Shown: positions 51,036-60,184 of the stretch, one piece after another
How the letters are laid out: each line of letters opens with the position of its first letter
Position numbering within the stretch: position 1 is the stretch's first letter
Assembly (NCBI GenBank): GCA_963798845.1
Contig: CAWCUS010000002.1
Coordinates: 704,001-768,000, forward strand
Source: an uncultured Gemmatimonadales bacterium
GTDB lineage: Bacteria; Gemmatimonadota; Gemmatimonadetes; Longimicrobiales; RSA9
DNA length: 64,000 nucleotides
Direction: 5' to 3'
Program-made: the position numbers and the translations under genes
Notes under the pieces: model-generated
What the model was told of the DNA's origin: nothing
Database searches by the model: none
Seen by the model: the letters and a program-made list of their open reading frames with translations, nothing else

Positions 51036-52278
51036 CGGCCTGCTGCTGTTCACTGCGGAGTTCCCGTTCGGCAACGGGGAGCCGTACCTGGAGGACGAGA
51101 TCGCCTATCTCGCCGCCCGGTTCCCCAGCGTCGTGATCGTGCCGCGCGGCACCCCGGGGACGCGCCGATCCCTGCCGGAGAACGTCCGCGTGGATGGCAG
51201 CCTGGCCGCGCTGCACGGGCGGAGGACCGCCGCCAGGACGGTGCTTCGGCTCCTCCGGTGGCGGGGGACGTACGAGCAGATCGTGCGGCACGCTGGCGCG
51301 TTGCGGCGGCGAGGCGCCACCCGACGGGTGCTGGAACACGCGGCGGGGACGCTCCGCGTGCAGCAGTGGCTGCGGAGGAACCAGCGGCGGCTCGCGGCGG
51401 AAACGGCCGTGGCGTACGCGTACTGGCTGCACACGGAGGCCGCGGCCCTGGTCCGGTCGCGACGGTTCTTCCCGGGGATCGCGGTGGTGGCGCGGGCCCA
51501 TGGCTTCGACCTCTACCACGAGCGGACGGACCCGCCGATCCAGCCGTTCCAGCTCGCCACGGTGATGGGGATCGACCGGGTGTTCACGGTTTCGGACCAC
51601 GGTTGCCGCTACCTGACCGCCCGCTACCCCGCAGCGACGGATCGAGTGGAGACGCGGCGCCTCGGTGTCCCGGATCCCGGATTCGTGACCGCCCGCTCGG
51701 AGGACGGTCGGTTCCGCGTGGTCTCCTGCTCGGCGATCCGGCCCGTGAAGCGCCTGGAGCGGCTGGTGGATGCGCTCGCCATCCTGGGACGGGGGCACCC
51801 GAACCTGAGGGTCGAGTGGGACCACCTGGGGGACGGCGAGTCCGGCGCAGGGATCATCGCGCGGGCGCGCAGCACGCTCCCTGCGACGGTTCGGGCGACG
51901 TTCCACGGTCAGCTGCCACGGGATCGAGTCCTCCGCTACTACCGACGCCACCCGGTCGACGTGTTCGTGAACGTGAGCGAGTCGGAGGGAGCGCCCGTTT
52001 CCATCATGGAGGCGCTGAGCTTCGGGATCCCCGTGGTGGCACCGGCGGTGGGCGGGATTCCGGAAATCGTCGCGGACGGAGCCGGCGTCCTCATGTCGTC
52101 CGCGCCAGCGGGATCCGAGGTGGCCAGCGCACTGCGGGCCGTGCGCAGCGAGGACCGATTCCGCGCCGCCGATGGGCGCGCGCTCTGGGCAAGGCGATAC
52201 AGCGCCCCGGTGAACTACGCCCGTTTCGCCGCCGAGCTGCACGGCCTCCGGGGGCGCGTGCCGCTGGAGGCGCGGTGA
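51028..52278 (+). CDS. Glycosyltransferase family 4
   Basis: EFPFGNGEPYLEDE, AHGFDLY, SESEGAPVSIMEALSFGIP. Confidence 0.9.
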   Translation: MGDGLLLFTAEFPFGNGEPYLEDEIAYLAARFPSVVIVPRGTPGTRRSLPENVRVDGSLAALHGRRTAARTVLRLLRWRGTYEQIVRHAGALRRRGATRRVLEHAAGTLRVQQWLRRNQRRLAAETAVAYAYWLHTEAAALVRSRRFFPGIAVVARAHGFDLYHERTDPPIQPFQLATVMGIDRVFTVSDHGCRYLTARYPAATDRVETRRLGVPDPGFVTARSEDGRFRVVSCSAIRPVKRLERLVDALAILGRGHPNLRVEWDHLGDGESGAGIIARARSTLPATVRATFHGQLPRDRVLRYYRRHPVDVFVNVSESEGAPVSIMEALSFGIPVVAPAVGGIPEIVADGAGVLMSSAPAGSEVASALRAVRSEDRFRAADGRALWARRYSAPVNYARFAAELHGLRGRVPLEAR

Positions 52279-53537
52279 GCATCGCCGGCGCCGATGCGGG
52301 CGCTGCTGGCCGAAGCCCGAACGGCCTCGCGGCCGGCGCACGCCTGAACGTCGGCGCGGGACCGGTGCTCGGGTTCCTCCTTGCCGGCTACGTCCTCCTT
52401 CTTCCCGTCCAGCTCCGGCTCAGCGGATCGTTCCGGGTCGCTCCGTCCGACGCGCTGCTCGCCGTGCTCCTGGTGGTGTACGTTGGCACCGGCCGGCTCC
52501 GGATTCCCCTGCGAGCACTCAGCCCGTGGCACTTCCTCGTTCCGATGACGTTCATTGTCGGGACCGTGGTGACGGCGCTGCATGACGCCTCCGTCAGCCG
52601 GTACACGCTGGTGAACAAGGTGGTGGGCCTCGCGATCCTCTTCCTCGGCTACGCGGTGTTCTCGAGCATAGCCGTCGGCTGGGGCCGGATCCGGTGGCTG
52701 CTGCGGCTGCTGGTGGTCGGCGTGGCCGTCCAGGCGCTCGTGGCCGTGATCGCCTTCACCGTGCAGCGGCTGGGCGGGCCCGCCGTGGCAGGGCTCAACG
52801 ACTACACCGGTCGGGTCTCCGGGATGCTCGTGGACCCGAACGCCTTCGGCGGGCTGCTCGTCCTGACCATGGCCATACTCCTGGCCGGCAACTCGGGGCG
52901 GCGGCCGCTCCTCGGGGGCTGGCCGGGACGGCTGTGTGCGACTGCGCTCGTGGTCGGCGTGATCCTCACCTTCTCCCGCTCCGCCTGGCTCGCGCTGGCG
53001 GCAGTCATCGGCCTCGTCTCGCTCGTCGACCTGCGGCTGGCGCTGAAGGCCGGGGCGGCCGGGGTGCTCGCCGTCGGAGCCATGCTTGCGGTCGTGGGCA
53101 CACAATACATCCGGGTGATCGTGGCCATGGCCACGCGCGGCGCCCAGATCGAGGCCCGGCTCGAGTACATCGATGTGGCGCTGCACGATTTCGCCGCCAG
53201 CCCCATCCTGGGAACCGGCCTCGGGTACTTCGCCGACCAGTACGGCTGGATCATCCACAACACGCCGCTCTGGATCATGGCGGAGATGGGCCTCGTGGGA
53301 CTGATCGTGTTCACCGGCTTCGCCGCGTGGTTCATCTGGGCCGGCGTCAGCGCGTACCGGGCCGCTCCTGCCGACGAGCGGCCCATCGTGCTCGGGCTCG
53401 TGCTGGCGTTCACGGCCATGTGCGTCCTGTCGGTAGGGATCGAGGCGCTCTATCAGCGGCACTGGTGGCTGGTCATGTCCCTGATCGCCGCGGCGCACGT
53501 GCTCGCCTCGCCCGGGCCGGAAGCGAGGGCAGCATGA
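52275..53537 (+). CDS. O-antigen ligase/polymerase-family membrane protein (copy 2)
   Basis: RVSGMLVDPNAFG, TFSRSAW, PILGTGLG, IIHNTPLWIMAEMGLVG. Confidence 0.82.
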   Translation: MSIAGADAGAAGRSPNGLAAGARLNVGAGPVLGFLLAGYVLLLPVQLRLSGSFRVAPSDALLAVLLVVYVGTGRLRIPLRALSPWHFLVPMTFIVGTVVTALHDASVSRYTLVNKVVGLAILFLGYAVFSSIAVGWGRIRWLLRLLVVGVAVQALVAVIAFTVQRLGGPAVAGLNDYTGRVSGMLVDPNAFGGLLVLTMAILLAGNSGRRPLLGGWPGRLCATALVVGVILTFSRSAWLALAAVIGLVSLVDLRLALKAGAAGVLAVGAMLAVVGTQYIRVIVAMATRGAQIEARLEYIDVALHDFAASPILGTGLGYFADQYGWIIHNTPLWIMAEMGLVGLIVFTGFAAWFIWAGVSAYRAAPADERPIVLGLVLAFTAMCVLSVGIEALYQRHWWLVMSLIAAAHVLASPGPEARAA

Positions 53538-54493
53538 CCGGTGAGCGCGCGGAGCCCTGCGGAATCAGCGTCATCATCCCGGTCCTCGACGACCCCGCAG
53601 GCGTGCGCGACACCGTCGAGTCGCTGCTGGCCCAGACGCACCCTCCCGAGCCGTGGGAAATCGTCGTGGTGGACAACGGGTCCAGCGACGACACCCTGGC
53701 CGTAGCGCGCGGCTACGAGCGGCATCACCCCGGGAGGGTCCGCGTGGTGTGCGAGCACCGCACCGGGTCCTATGCGGCCCGCAATCGCGGCATCGAGGTG
53801 GCGTCGGGAGAGATCCTCTGCTTCATCGACGCGGACATGAGAGCCCCTCCGTCGTTCCTGGCGGAGCTCGCCCGTTTCCTGGATCGTCACCCGGGCGTCG
53901 ACTACGTCGCCTACGGTGTGCGGGTCGAAGCGGAGGTGAATACGGTCGCCGCGACGTACGAGCGCCTCTACGCGTTCCAGATGCGGCGCTATTTCGAGCG
54001 CCAGCACTACTCGGGCGCCGCGTGCCTCACGGTGCGCCGCCGGCTCGTCGAGCAGGTGGGCGCGTTCGACGCCCGGCTCGAGTCGGGCGGCGACCGGGAA
54101 TTCGGCCAGCGTGTCCACGCCGCCGGCATGGAGCAGGCGTTCTTAGAGCCGCTGGAGCTGAGGCATCCCGCGCGGATCGGGATCGCGTCGCTCGTGGCGA
54201 AGGCGATGCGGGTGGGGCGGGGACTCGCGCAGCTGAGCCACTACAGGCCCGACCGGTACTCAGGGCTCACGCGCTCGATGTACTCACCGGTGCGCTTCCG
54301 CCCCCGCAGCCCGTGGGACCTGTTCCGGCGTGCGCGCCGGGCCGGTGTCCGCCCGACCCTCGCCTCCGCGGTGTGCATTCCCCTGCTCCCGGCGCTGCTG
54401 CATGCCGTCTCGCTCCGCGCCTTCCGACGCGAGCGGAAGCGCCTGCGCGCCCTGGAGCGGGCCGAGCCGGTCCGGGCCGGTGCGCATGGGTGA
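53534..54493 (+). CDS. Glycosyltransferase family 2
   Basis: ISVIIPV, VDNGSSD, YAARNRG, FIDAD, SGGDREF. Confidence 0.9.
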   Translation: MTGERAEPCGISVIIPVLDDPAGVRDTVESLLAQTHPPEPWEIVVVDNGSSDDTLAVARGYERHHPGRVRVVCEHRTGSYAARNRGIEVASGEILCFIDADMRAPPSFLAELARFLDRHPGVDYVAYGVRVEAEVNTVAATYERLYAFQMRRYFERQHYSGAACLTVRRRLVEQVGAFDARLESGGDREFGQRVHAAGMEQAFLEPLELRHPARIGIASLVAKAMRVGRGLAQLSHYRPDRYSGLTRSMYSPVRFRPRSPWDLFRRARRAGVRPTLASAVCIPLLPALLHAVSLRAFRRERKRLRALERAEPVRAGAHG

Positions 54494-55385
54494 CCCGCTG
54501 GTGTCGGTCATGCTCCCGTGCCACAATGCCGCCGCCACGCTCCCGGCGGCGCTCGCATCGCTGGTGGCGCAGGAGTACGAGCGCTGGGAGTGCGTGCTGG
54601 TGGACGACGGGTCGGAGGATCGGCCCGACCGCGTGGTGGAGCGGTTCGGGGACCCCCGGATCCGGGTCGTCCGGCTCGCACGGAACCGCGGCCGCCCAGT
54701 GGCGCGGCAGGTGGCCCTGGACCGCGTCCGCGGCCCGCTCCTCGCCTTTCTCGACGCGGACGACTGGATCTACCCCTCCAAGCTGCGGAGGCAGGTGGCG
54801 TTCATGACGGCCCACCCGGACGTGGCGGCCGTGGGCGTGGGAATGGCGGTTACGGGCCGCAGCGGAGACATCACGGGCGTGCGGGGGCGCGGCCAGCCCC
54901 GCCACGACGCGGTCGTCCGCGAGCCGTGGACCCGGCTCGCGCCCCCGCCCATCGCTCCGGTCACCGCCATGCTGCGCATCGACGGGGCGACCGAGGCGTC
55001 GTACGATCCCCGCCTCATCCGCGGCCAGGACACGGACTTCCTGCTCCAGGTGGTCCTCGACCGACCGTTCGCCACACTCTACGGTCTCGGCTACGCCTAC
55101 GCCGAGCACGACTCGTTCGCCCGCGACAAGGCGATCACCGGACTGCGCTGCGAGCAGCTCATGTACGGCAAGCGGTTCCGGCGCGCTCCGCTGCAGGCGA
55201 TGCGCCGCATGGCGGCCGCCGAGGCGAAGCTGTGGACGTACCGCGCCGGGTTCCTCCTCGGCATGGACGACTACCTGGTCCGCCGACGCTCCGCCGCCCC
55301 GGACCCCGGCGACCTCGCGGGGTTCGAGGCCGCCCGGAGCGCGGTGGATCGCGTTCGCCTCGGGGCGATGGCAAGGGAGGCGTGA
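54486..55385 (+). CDS. Glycosyltransferase family 2
   Basis: VSVMLPCHN, VDDGSED, FLDADD, GQDTDF. Confidence 0.9.
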   Translation: MGDPLVSVMLPCHNAAATLPAALASLVAQEYERWECVLVDDGSEDRPDRVVERFGDPRIRVVRLARNRGRPVARQVALDRVRGPLLAFLDADDWIYPSKLRRQVAFMTAHPDVAAVGVGMAVTGRSGDITGVRGRGQPRHDAVVREPWTRLAPPPIAPVTAMLRIDGATEASYDPRLIRGQDTDFLLQVVLDRPFATLYGLGYAYAEHDSFARDKAITGLRCEQLMYGKRFRRAPLQAMRRMAAAEAKLWTYRAGFLLGMDDYLVRRRSAAPDPGDLAGFEAARSAVDRVRLGAMAREA

Positions 55386-56503
55386 TGGCGGCCGTCCTCG
55401 TCCTCGGCAACACGTCGAAGGGGCTCCTGATCTTTCGCGGGCCGCTGCTCCGGGCCATGGCGGAGCGCGGGCACCGCGTGTTCGCCGCCGCGCCGACGGA
55501 CGGTGCCGGGCCGGGTGCGAAGCTGGCCGAATGGGGGGTCGAGTTCCACCCGGTCGCCATGAGCCGCTCCGCTGTACGACCGCTCGCGGATCTCCGCACG
55601 CTCTCCCAGGTAGGGAGCCTCTGCCGCGACCTGCGTCCCGATGTCTTCTTCGCCAGCATGGCGAAACCGGTGATCTATGGTCTGGCCGGCGCGGCGTCCG
55701 CCGGCGTACACCGGCGTTTCGCCATGATCGAGGGGCTCGGTCGCAGCTATTCGGGCCGCTCGCCGCGCGACCGACTGCTCGCGGTGACGCTCCGGACCCT
55801 GTATCGCGGTGCGCTGCGGCTCGCGGACCGCGTGTTCTTCCTCAACCCGGACGACGAGGCCGAGTTCCGGCACCGGCGCGTCGTGGCGGCGCAGGCCAGG
55901 ACCACGGTGCTGCCGGGCATCGGCGTGGACCTGGAACACTATGGATTCGTGCCGCGCTGGCCGGAGCCTCCACGCTTCCTGTTCATCGGGCGGATGGTGC
56001 CGGAAAAGGGGGCGCGCCTCTTCGCGGAAGCCGCCAGGCGGGTCCGCACGCTCCACCCCGAAGCGCGCTTCCGCATGATCGGCCCGATCGACCCGGTGGC
56101 CCACCAGATCACGCGGGAAGAGGTGTCGGCCTGGGAGCGGGACGGGGGAGTCGAGTACGGCGGAAGCGTGGAGGACGTGCGAGCGGAGATCGAGCGCTCC
56201 AGCGTCCTCGTCCTCCCCAGCTATTATCGGGAGGGGCTGCCCCGCAGCATCCTGGAAGCGATGAGCATGGGGCGGGCGGTGGTGACCACTGATTCTCCTG
56301 GGTGTCGGGAGACGGTCTCGCACGGGGAGAACGGGTTGCTGATCGAGCCGCGCGCCCTCCGGCCGCTCGTGGACGCGATCCTCGCCCTCGTGGACGAGCC
56401 GGCGCGCATCCGCTCCATGGGCTGCGCCAGTCGTCGGCTGGCCGAACAGCGCTTCGACGGCCGGGCCGTCAATGCCCGTCTCCTCGACCTGATGGGGCTC
56501 TGA
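55385..56503 (+). CDS. Glycosyltransferase family 4, PglA/CapM-like
   Basis: FRGPL, KPVIYG, EGLG, FLNPDD, GIGVDL, PSYYREGLPRSILEAM. Confidence 0.88.
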   Translation: MAAVLVLGNTSKGLLIFRGPLLRAMAERGHRVFAAAPTDGAGPGAKLAEWGVEFHPVAMSRSAVRPLADLRTLSQVGSLCRDLRPDVFFASMAKPVIYGLAGAASAGVHRRFAMIEGLGRSYSGRSPRDRLLAVTLRTLYRGALRLADRVFFLNPDDEAEFRHRRVVAAQARTTVLPGIGVDLEHYGFVPRWPEPPRFLFIGRMVPEKGARLFAEAARRVRTLHPEARFRMIGPIDPVAHQITREEVSAWERDGGVEYGGSVEDVRAEIERSSVLVLPSYYREGLPRSILEAMSMGRAVVTTDSPGCRETVSHGENGLLIEPRALRPLVDAILALVDEPARIRSMGCASRRLAEQRFDGRAVNARLLDLMGL

Positions 56504-56510
56504 TCTTGCA
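56494..56510 (+). promoter_or_regulatory. Candidate sigma54 promoter upstream of wzz2-pglC-pglD-pglE
   Basis: GGGGCTCTGATCTTGCA: GG-N10-GC with TTGCA; core 13/14 identical to the 22853 motif. Confidence 0.45.
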
Positions 56511-56629
56511 TCGGCGGGCCTGCCGACCGCCCCGGATCCCCGGATCCAGCGGCTCCGCGGGCCTCGGGCCCGCAGAGCCGGGACGGCCGCGCCGCCGCCC
56601 CGGCCCGAGCACTGACAGCAGCTGGAAGG

Positions 56630-57736
56630 ATGAACGACCACCCGCCGTTCCCGGAGCGCCAGCCACTCGCGGTTCCGGACGCCGCCGCTGACGACCGCAT
56701 CAGCACGCTCGAGCTCATCAACGTCGTCCTCCGTCGCCGCCGGCTGATCCTGGGCGCGGGGATCGGACTGATGCTGCTTCTCGCCGCACGCGCCGTCCTC
56801 GCCTACGGCGACGAGCGCTACACCGCCAGCGCGACGTTCGCCACCACGCAGCCGACCAGCTCCACCTCGGACCTTTCCAGTTTCGCTCGACAGCTCGGGG
56901 TCGGCAGCAGCAGCCGGAGCGGGCCGTCTCCGGATTTCTTCGCATCCCTGGCTTCCTCCACGCCGCTGCTGAGGGTGGTGGTGGCCCGGCCGTACGTCGC
57001 CACGCTGGACGAGGACACGGTCTCGGGCACGCTGGTGCAGCTGTACGGGATCGAGAGCGCCAAGCCGGAGGCGGCGAGACGGCGGGCGGCGGCCCGGCTC
57101 GCGAAATCCGTGAAGGCGGAGGTCTCCAAGCCCACGGGCTTCGTGACCGTGCAGGCCACCACGATGGCCCCCGATCTCTCCGAGCAGGTCGTGGCGAACA
57201 TCATCGAGGCCGTGCGCCAGTACAACCGAGACGCGCAGCGCGTGCAGGCTTCGGCCGAAGCGGATTTCATCGCGGAGCGGCTGCAGGACGCGCAAGGAAA
57301 CCTGGACGCGGCGGAGACGGCGCTCGCGGCTTTCATGCGTCGCAACCGCGCGTTCGCCTCATCCCCGGACCTGCTGCTCGAGCACGACAATCTCCAGCGC
57401 CGGGTGCAGGTACAGCAGGAATTCGTGCTCTCGCTCGCTCGCTCGCTCGAACAGTCGCGGATGGAGCAGCTCCACGATCTGCCCCAGGTCCGGATCCTGG
57501 AGCCGCCCGCCGGGTCCGCGGTCCGCGACCGCCCCGTTCCGCTCGTTCCGATGGCGGTCCTGGGACTGGTGCTCGGGCTCGTGCTGGGCGTGCTCGTGGC
57601 GTTCCTGCTCGAGCTGTTCCGGCGAGGACGCCATCAGGGCGGCTCGGAGTACGCGGAGTATCAGGCGCTGCGGCGCGATACGCTCGCGGACCTCAGCCTG
57701 CCGATCCGATGGGTGCGGCGTCGACAGGTCTCGTGA
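56630..57736 (+). CDS. Wzz/GumC-like polysaccharide co-polymerase (copy 2)
   Basis: Same architecture as 27456-28643: TM, coiled coil, LEPP...RP, TM; no kinase domain. Confidence 0.8.
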   Translation: MNDHPPFPERQPLAVPDAAADDRISTLELINVVLRRRRLILGAGIGLMLLLAARAVLAYGDERYTASATFATTQPTSSTSDLSSFARQLGVGSSSRSGPSPDFFASLASSTPLLRVVVARPYVATLDEDTVSGTLVQLYGIESAKPEAARRRAAARLAKSVKAEVSKPTGFVTVQATTMAPDLSEQVVANIIEAVRQYNRDAQRVQASAEADFIAERLQDAQGNLDAAETALAAFMRRNRAFASSPDLLLEHDNLQRRVQVQQEFVLSLARSLEQSRMEQLHDLPQVRILEPPAGSAVRDRPVPLVPMAVLGLVLGLVLGVLVAFLLELFRRGRHQGGSEYAEYQALRRDTLADLSLPIRWVRRRQVS

Positions 57737-58359
57737 AGCGGGCCATGGACCTGATCGGCGCCGGCGCGGCCCTCGTGCTCACGTCCCCGCTGCTGGCGGC
57801 CGTCGCGCTCCTGGTCCGCGTTCGCCTCGGGACTCCCGTGCTCTTCCGGCAGCGCCGCCCGGGGCTCCACGGCCGCCCCTTCGTCCTGTACAAGTTCCGA
57901 ACGATGCGCGAGCCGCGGGATGGAGAGGAGCGCGCCCGCACGGATGCGGAGCGGCTGACACCGCTGGGGCGGGTGCTGCGGGCCACGAGCCTGGACGAGC
58001 TCCCGGAGCTGGCGAATGTGCTGCGCGGCGACATGAGCCTGGTGGGGCCCCGTCCCCTGCTGATGGACTACCTCCCGCGCTACACCCCGGAGCAGGCGAG
58101 GCGTCACGAGGTCCGGCCCGGGCTGACCGGGCTGGCGCAGGTGCGTGGCCGCAACGCTCTCACGTGGGACGAGAAGTTCCGCCTCGACGTCTGGTATGTC
58201 GATCATCGCTCCACCTGGCTGGACCTGAAGATCCTCGCGCTCACCGCGGGGCAGGTGGTCACGGGGCGAGGCATCGCGCACCCCGGGGAGGCGACCATGA
58301 GGGAGTTCCGCGGCTCCGGCCCGGCGGCGCGGCGACGCTCGCCGGGAGGCTCGTCGTGA
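57733..58359 (+). CDS. Priming phosphoglycosyl transferase 2, PglC/EpsL-like
   Basis: KRAMD, FRQRRPGLHG, KFRTM, SLDELPEL, GPRPLLMDYL, KFRLDVWYVD. Confidence 0.92.
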   Translation: MKRAMDLIGAGAALVLTSPLLAAVALLVRVRLGTPVLFRQRRPGLHGRPFVLYKFRTMREPRDGEERARTDAERLTPLGRVLRATSLDELPELANVLRGDMSLVGPRPLLMDYLPRYTPEQARRHEVRPGLTGLAQVRGRNALTWDEKFRLDVWYVDHRSTWLDLKILALTAGQVVTGRGIAHPGEATMREFRGSGPAARRRSPGGSS

Positions 58360-59021
58360 AGCCGCTCGTGATCGTCGGCGCCGGAGGCCTCGGTCGCGAG
58401 ATCGCCGCCCTGGTCCGCGACATCAACGCGCAGCGCGCGACATGGGAGCTGGCCGGTTTCATCGATGACGATCCGGCCGCGGCGGGCAGGACCGTGGATG
58501 ACCTCGAGGTTCTGGGCGGTCAGGAATGGCTGGCCGAGCGGTCCGGCACGCACGACGTCGCGTTCGGCGTCGGCAGCCCCGCGGTGCGCTTCAGGCTGCT
58601 CCGCGCCCTCCGCCCACACGCCGCCGCCTTCCCGGCCCTGGTCCACCCGACCGTGGTTCGGACCCCGTATCTCGAGCTCGGTGAGGGGGCGCTGGTCACG
58701 GCGGGGAACATCCTGACCAGCCAGATCACGGTGGGGGCGTTCGCCCTCCTGAACCTGGCCTGCACGGTCGGCCACGACGCCCGCATCGGGGACTTCGTCA
58801 CCGTTGCCCCGGGGGTGGCGATCTCGGGCCACGTCGTCCTGGAGGAGGGGTGCGACATCGGCACGGGCAGCAGCCTGGTCCAGGGGACGCGCGTCGGGGC
58901 ATGGAGCGTGGTCGGCGCCGGCGCCGTGGTCGCCCGCGACATCCCGGCCAACGTCACCGCGGTGGGGGTGCCGGCTCGCCCCATCAAGGAACGGCCCCCG
59001 GGTTGGCACGAAGCGGCGTGA
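58356..59021 (+). CDS. Acetyltransferase, PglD/NeuD/EpsM-like
   Basis: GAGGLGRE, GFIDD, LVHP, VGHD, hexapeptide repeats, VGVPAR. Confidence 0.88.
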   Translation: MKPLVIVGAGGLGREIAALVRDINAQRATWELAGFIDDDPAAAGRTVDDLEVLGGQEWLAERSGTHDVAFGVGSPAVRFRLLRALRPHAAAFPALVHPTVVRTPYLELGEGALVTAGNILTSQITVGAFALLNLACTVGHDARIGDFVTVAPGVAISGHVVLEEGCDIGTGSSLVQGTRVGAWSVVGAGAVVARDIPANVTAVGVPARPIKERPPGWHEAA

Positions 59022-60169
59022 GCGACCCTCGTCCCCGTCTCTACCTGTCGCCACCACACCTCACCGGCCAGGAGGCGGCCATGGTGTCGGAGGCGCTCGA
59101 GAGCAACTGGGTGGCGCCGCTGGGTCCGCACGTGGACGCCTTCGAGCGCGAGTTCGCCGCGGCAGTGGACGCGCCGTTCGCCGTTGCCGTGAGCTCCGGC
59201 ACCGCTGCCCTCCACCTGGCGCTGCGGCTCGCCGGCGTGGGGCCCGGCGACGAGGTCCTGGTCTCCACCCTCACGTTCGCGGCCAGCGTATTCCCGGTCC
59301 GCTACCTCGGGGCGGCGCCGGTCTTCGTGGACTCGGAGCCCCGCTCCTGGAACGTGGACCCGGCGCTGCTGGCGGAAGCCGTGGAGGAGCGCGTGCGGCG
59401 CGGCCGGCCGCCGCGGGCGGTGGTCGTGGTGCACCTGTACGGGCAGTGCGCGGACCTGGACCCCATCGTCGCGCTGTGCAGCCGCCACGGCATCGCGCTG
59501 GTCGAGGACGCGGCGGAGGCGCTGGGCGCCGCCTACCGCGGCCGACCCCCGGGGAGCTTCGGCCGCGCGGGCGTGTTCTCGTTCAACGGGAACAAGATCA
59601 TCACCACTTCGGGTGGCGGCATGCTGGTCACGGGCGACCAGTCGCTGGCGGAGCACGCGCGCAAGCTGGCCACGCAGTCGCGTGACCCGGCGCCCCACTA
59701 CGAGCACTCGGAGCTCGGGTTCAATTACCGGCTCAGCAACGTGCTGGCGGGGATCGGGCGGGCCCAGCTGCGCGCGCTTCCGGACCGTGTCCGCGCCAGG
59801 CGCGCGAACTTCGACGCCTACCGGGCGGCGCTCGGCGACCTGCCCGGCATCGCGTTCATGCCGGAGGCGGAATGGGGGACGCACACCCGCTGGCTCACCA
59901 CCCTGACCATCGACCCGACGTCGTTCGGAACGGACCGGGAGACCGTCCGCCGGGCGCTGGAAGCGGAGAATATCGAGGCACGTCCGGTGTGGAAGCCCAT
60001 GCACCTCCAGCCGGTGTTCAGCGGCTGCGAACACGTGGGCGGCGCCGTGGCGGAGCGGCTGTTCGAGCGCGGGCTGTGCCTCCCGTCCGGCTCCAGCCTC
60101 GAGCGGAGGGACCTCGACCGGGTGGTCGGGATCGTCCGGGCCGCCTCGGCCGCCTCGGCCGCCCGCTGA
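59018..60169 (+). CDS. PLP aminotransferase, PglE/EpsN-like
   Basis: YLSPPH, NWVAPLGP, SSGTAALHL, EDAAEALG, SFNGNKIITTSGGG, RPVWKPMHLQP. Confidence 0.92.
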   Translation: MSDPRPRLYLSPPHLTGQEAAMVSEALESNWVAPLGPHVDAFEREFAAAVDAPFAVAVSSGTAALHLALRLAGVGPGDEVLVSTLTFAASVFPVRYLGAAPVFVDSEPRSWNVDPALLAEAVEERVRRGRPPRAVVVVHLYGQCADLDPIVALCSRHGIALVEDAAEALGAAYRGRPPGSFGRAGVFSFNGNKIITTSGGGMLVTGDQSLAEHARKLATQSRDPAPHYEHSELGFNYRLSNVLAGIGRAQLRALPDRVRARRANFDAYRAALGDLPGIAFMPEAEWGTHTRWLTTLTIDPTSFGTDRETVRRALEAENIEARPVWKPMHLQPVFSGCEHVGGAVAERLFERGLCLPSGSSLERRDLDRVVGIVRAASAASAAR

Positions 60170-60184
60170 GCTCCAGCCGCCGGC

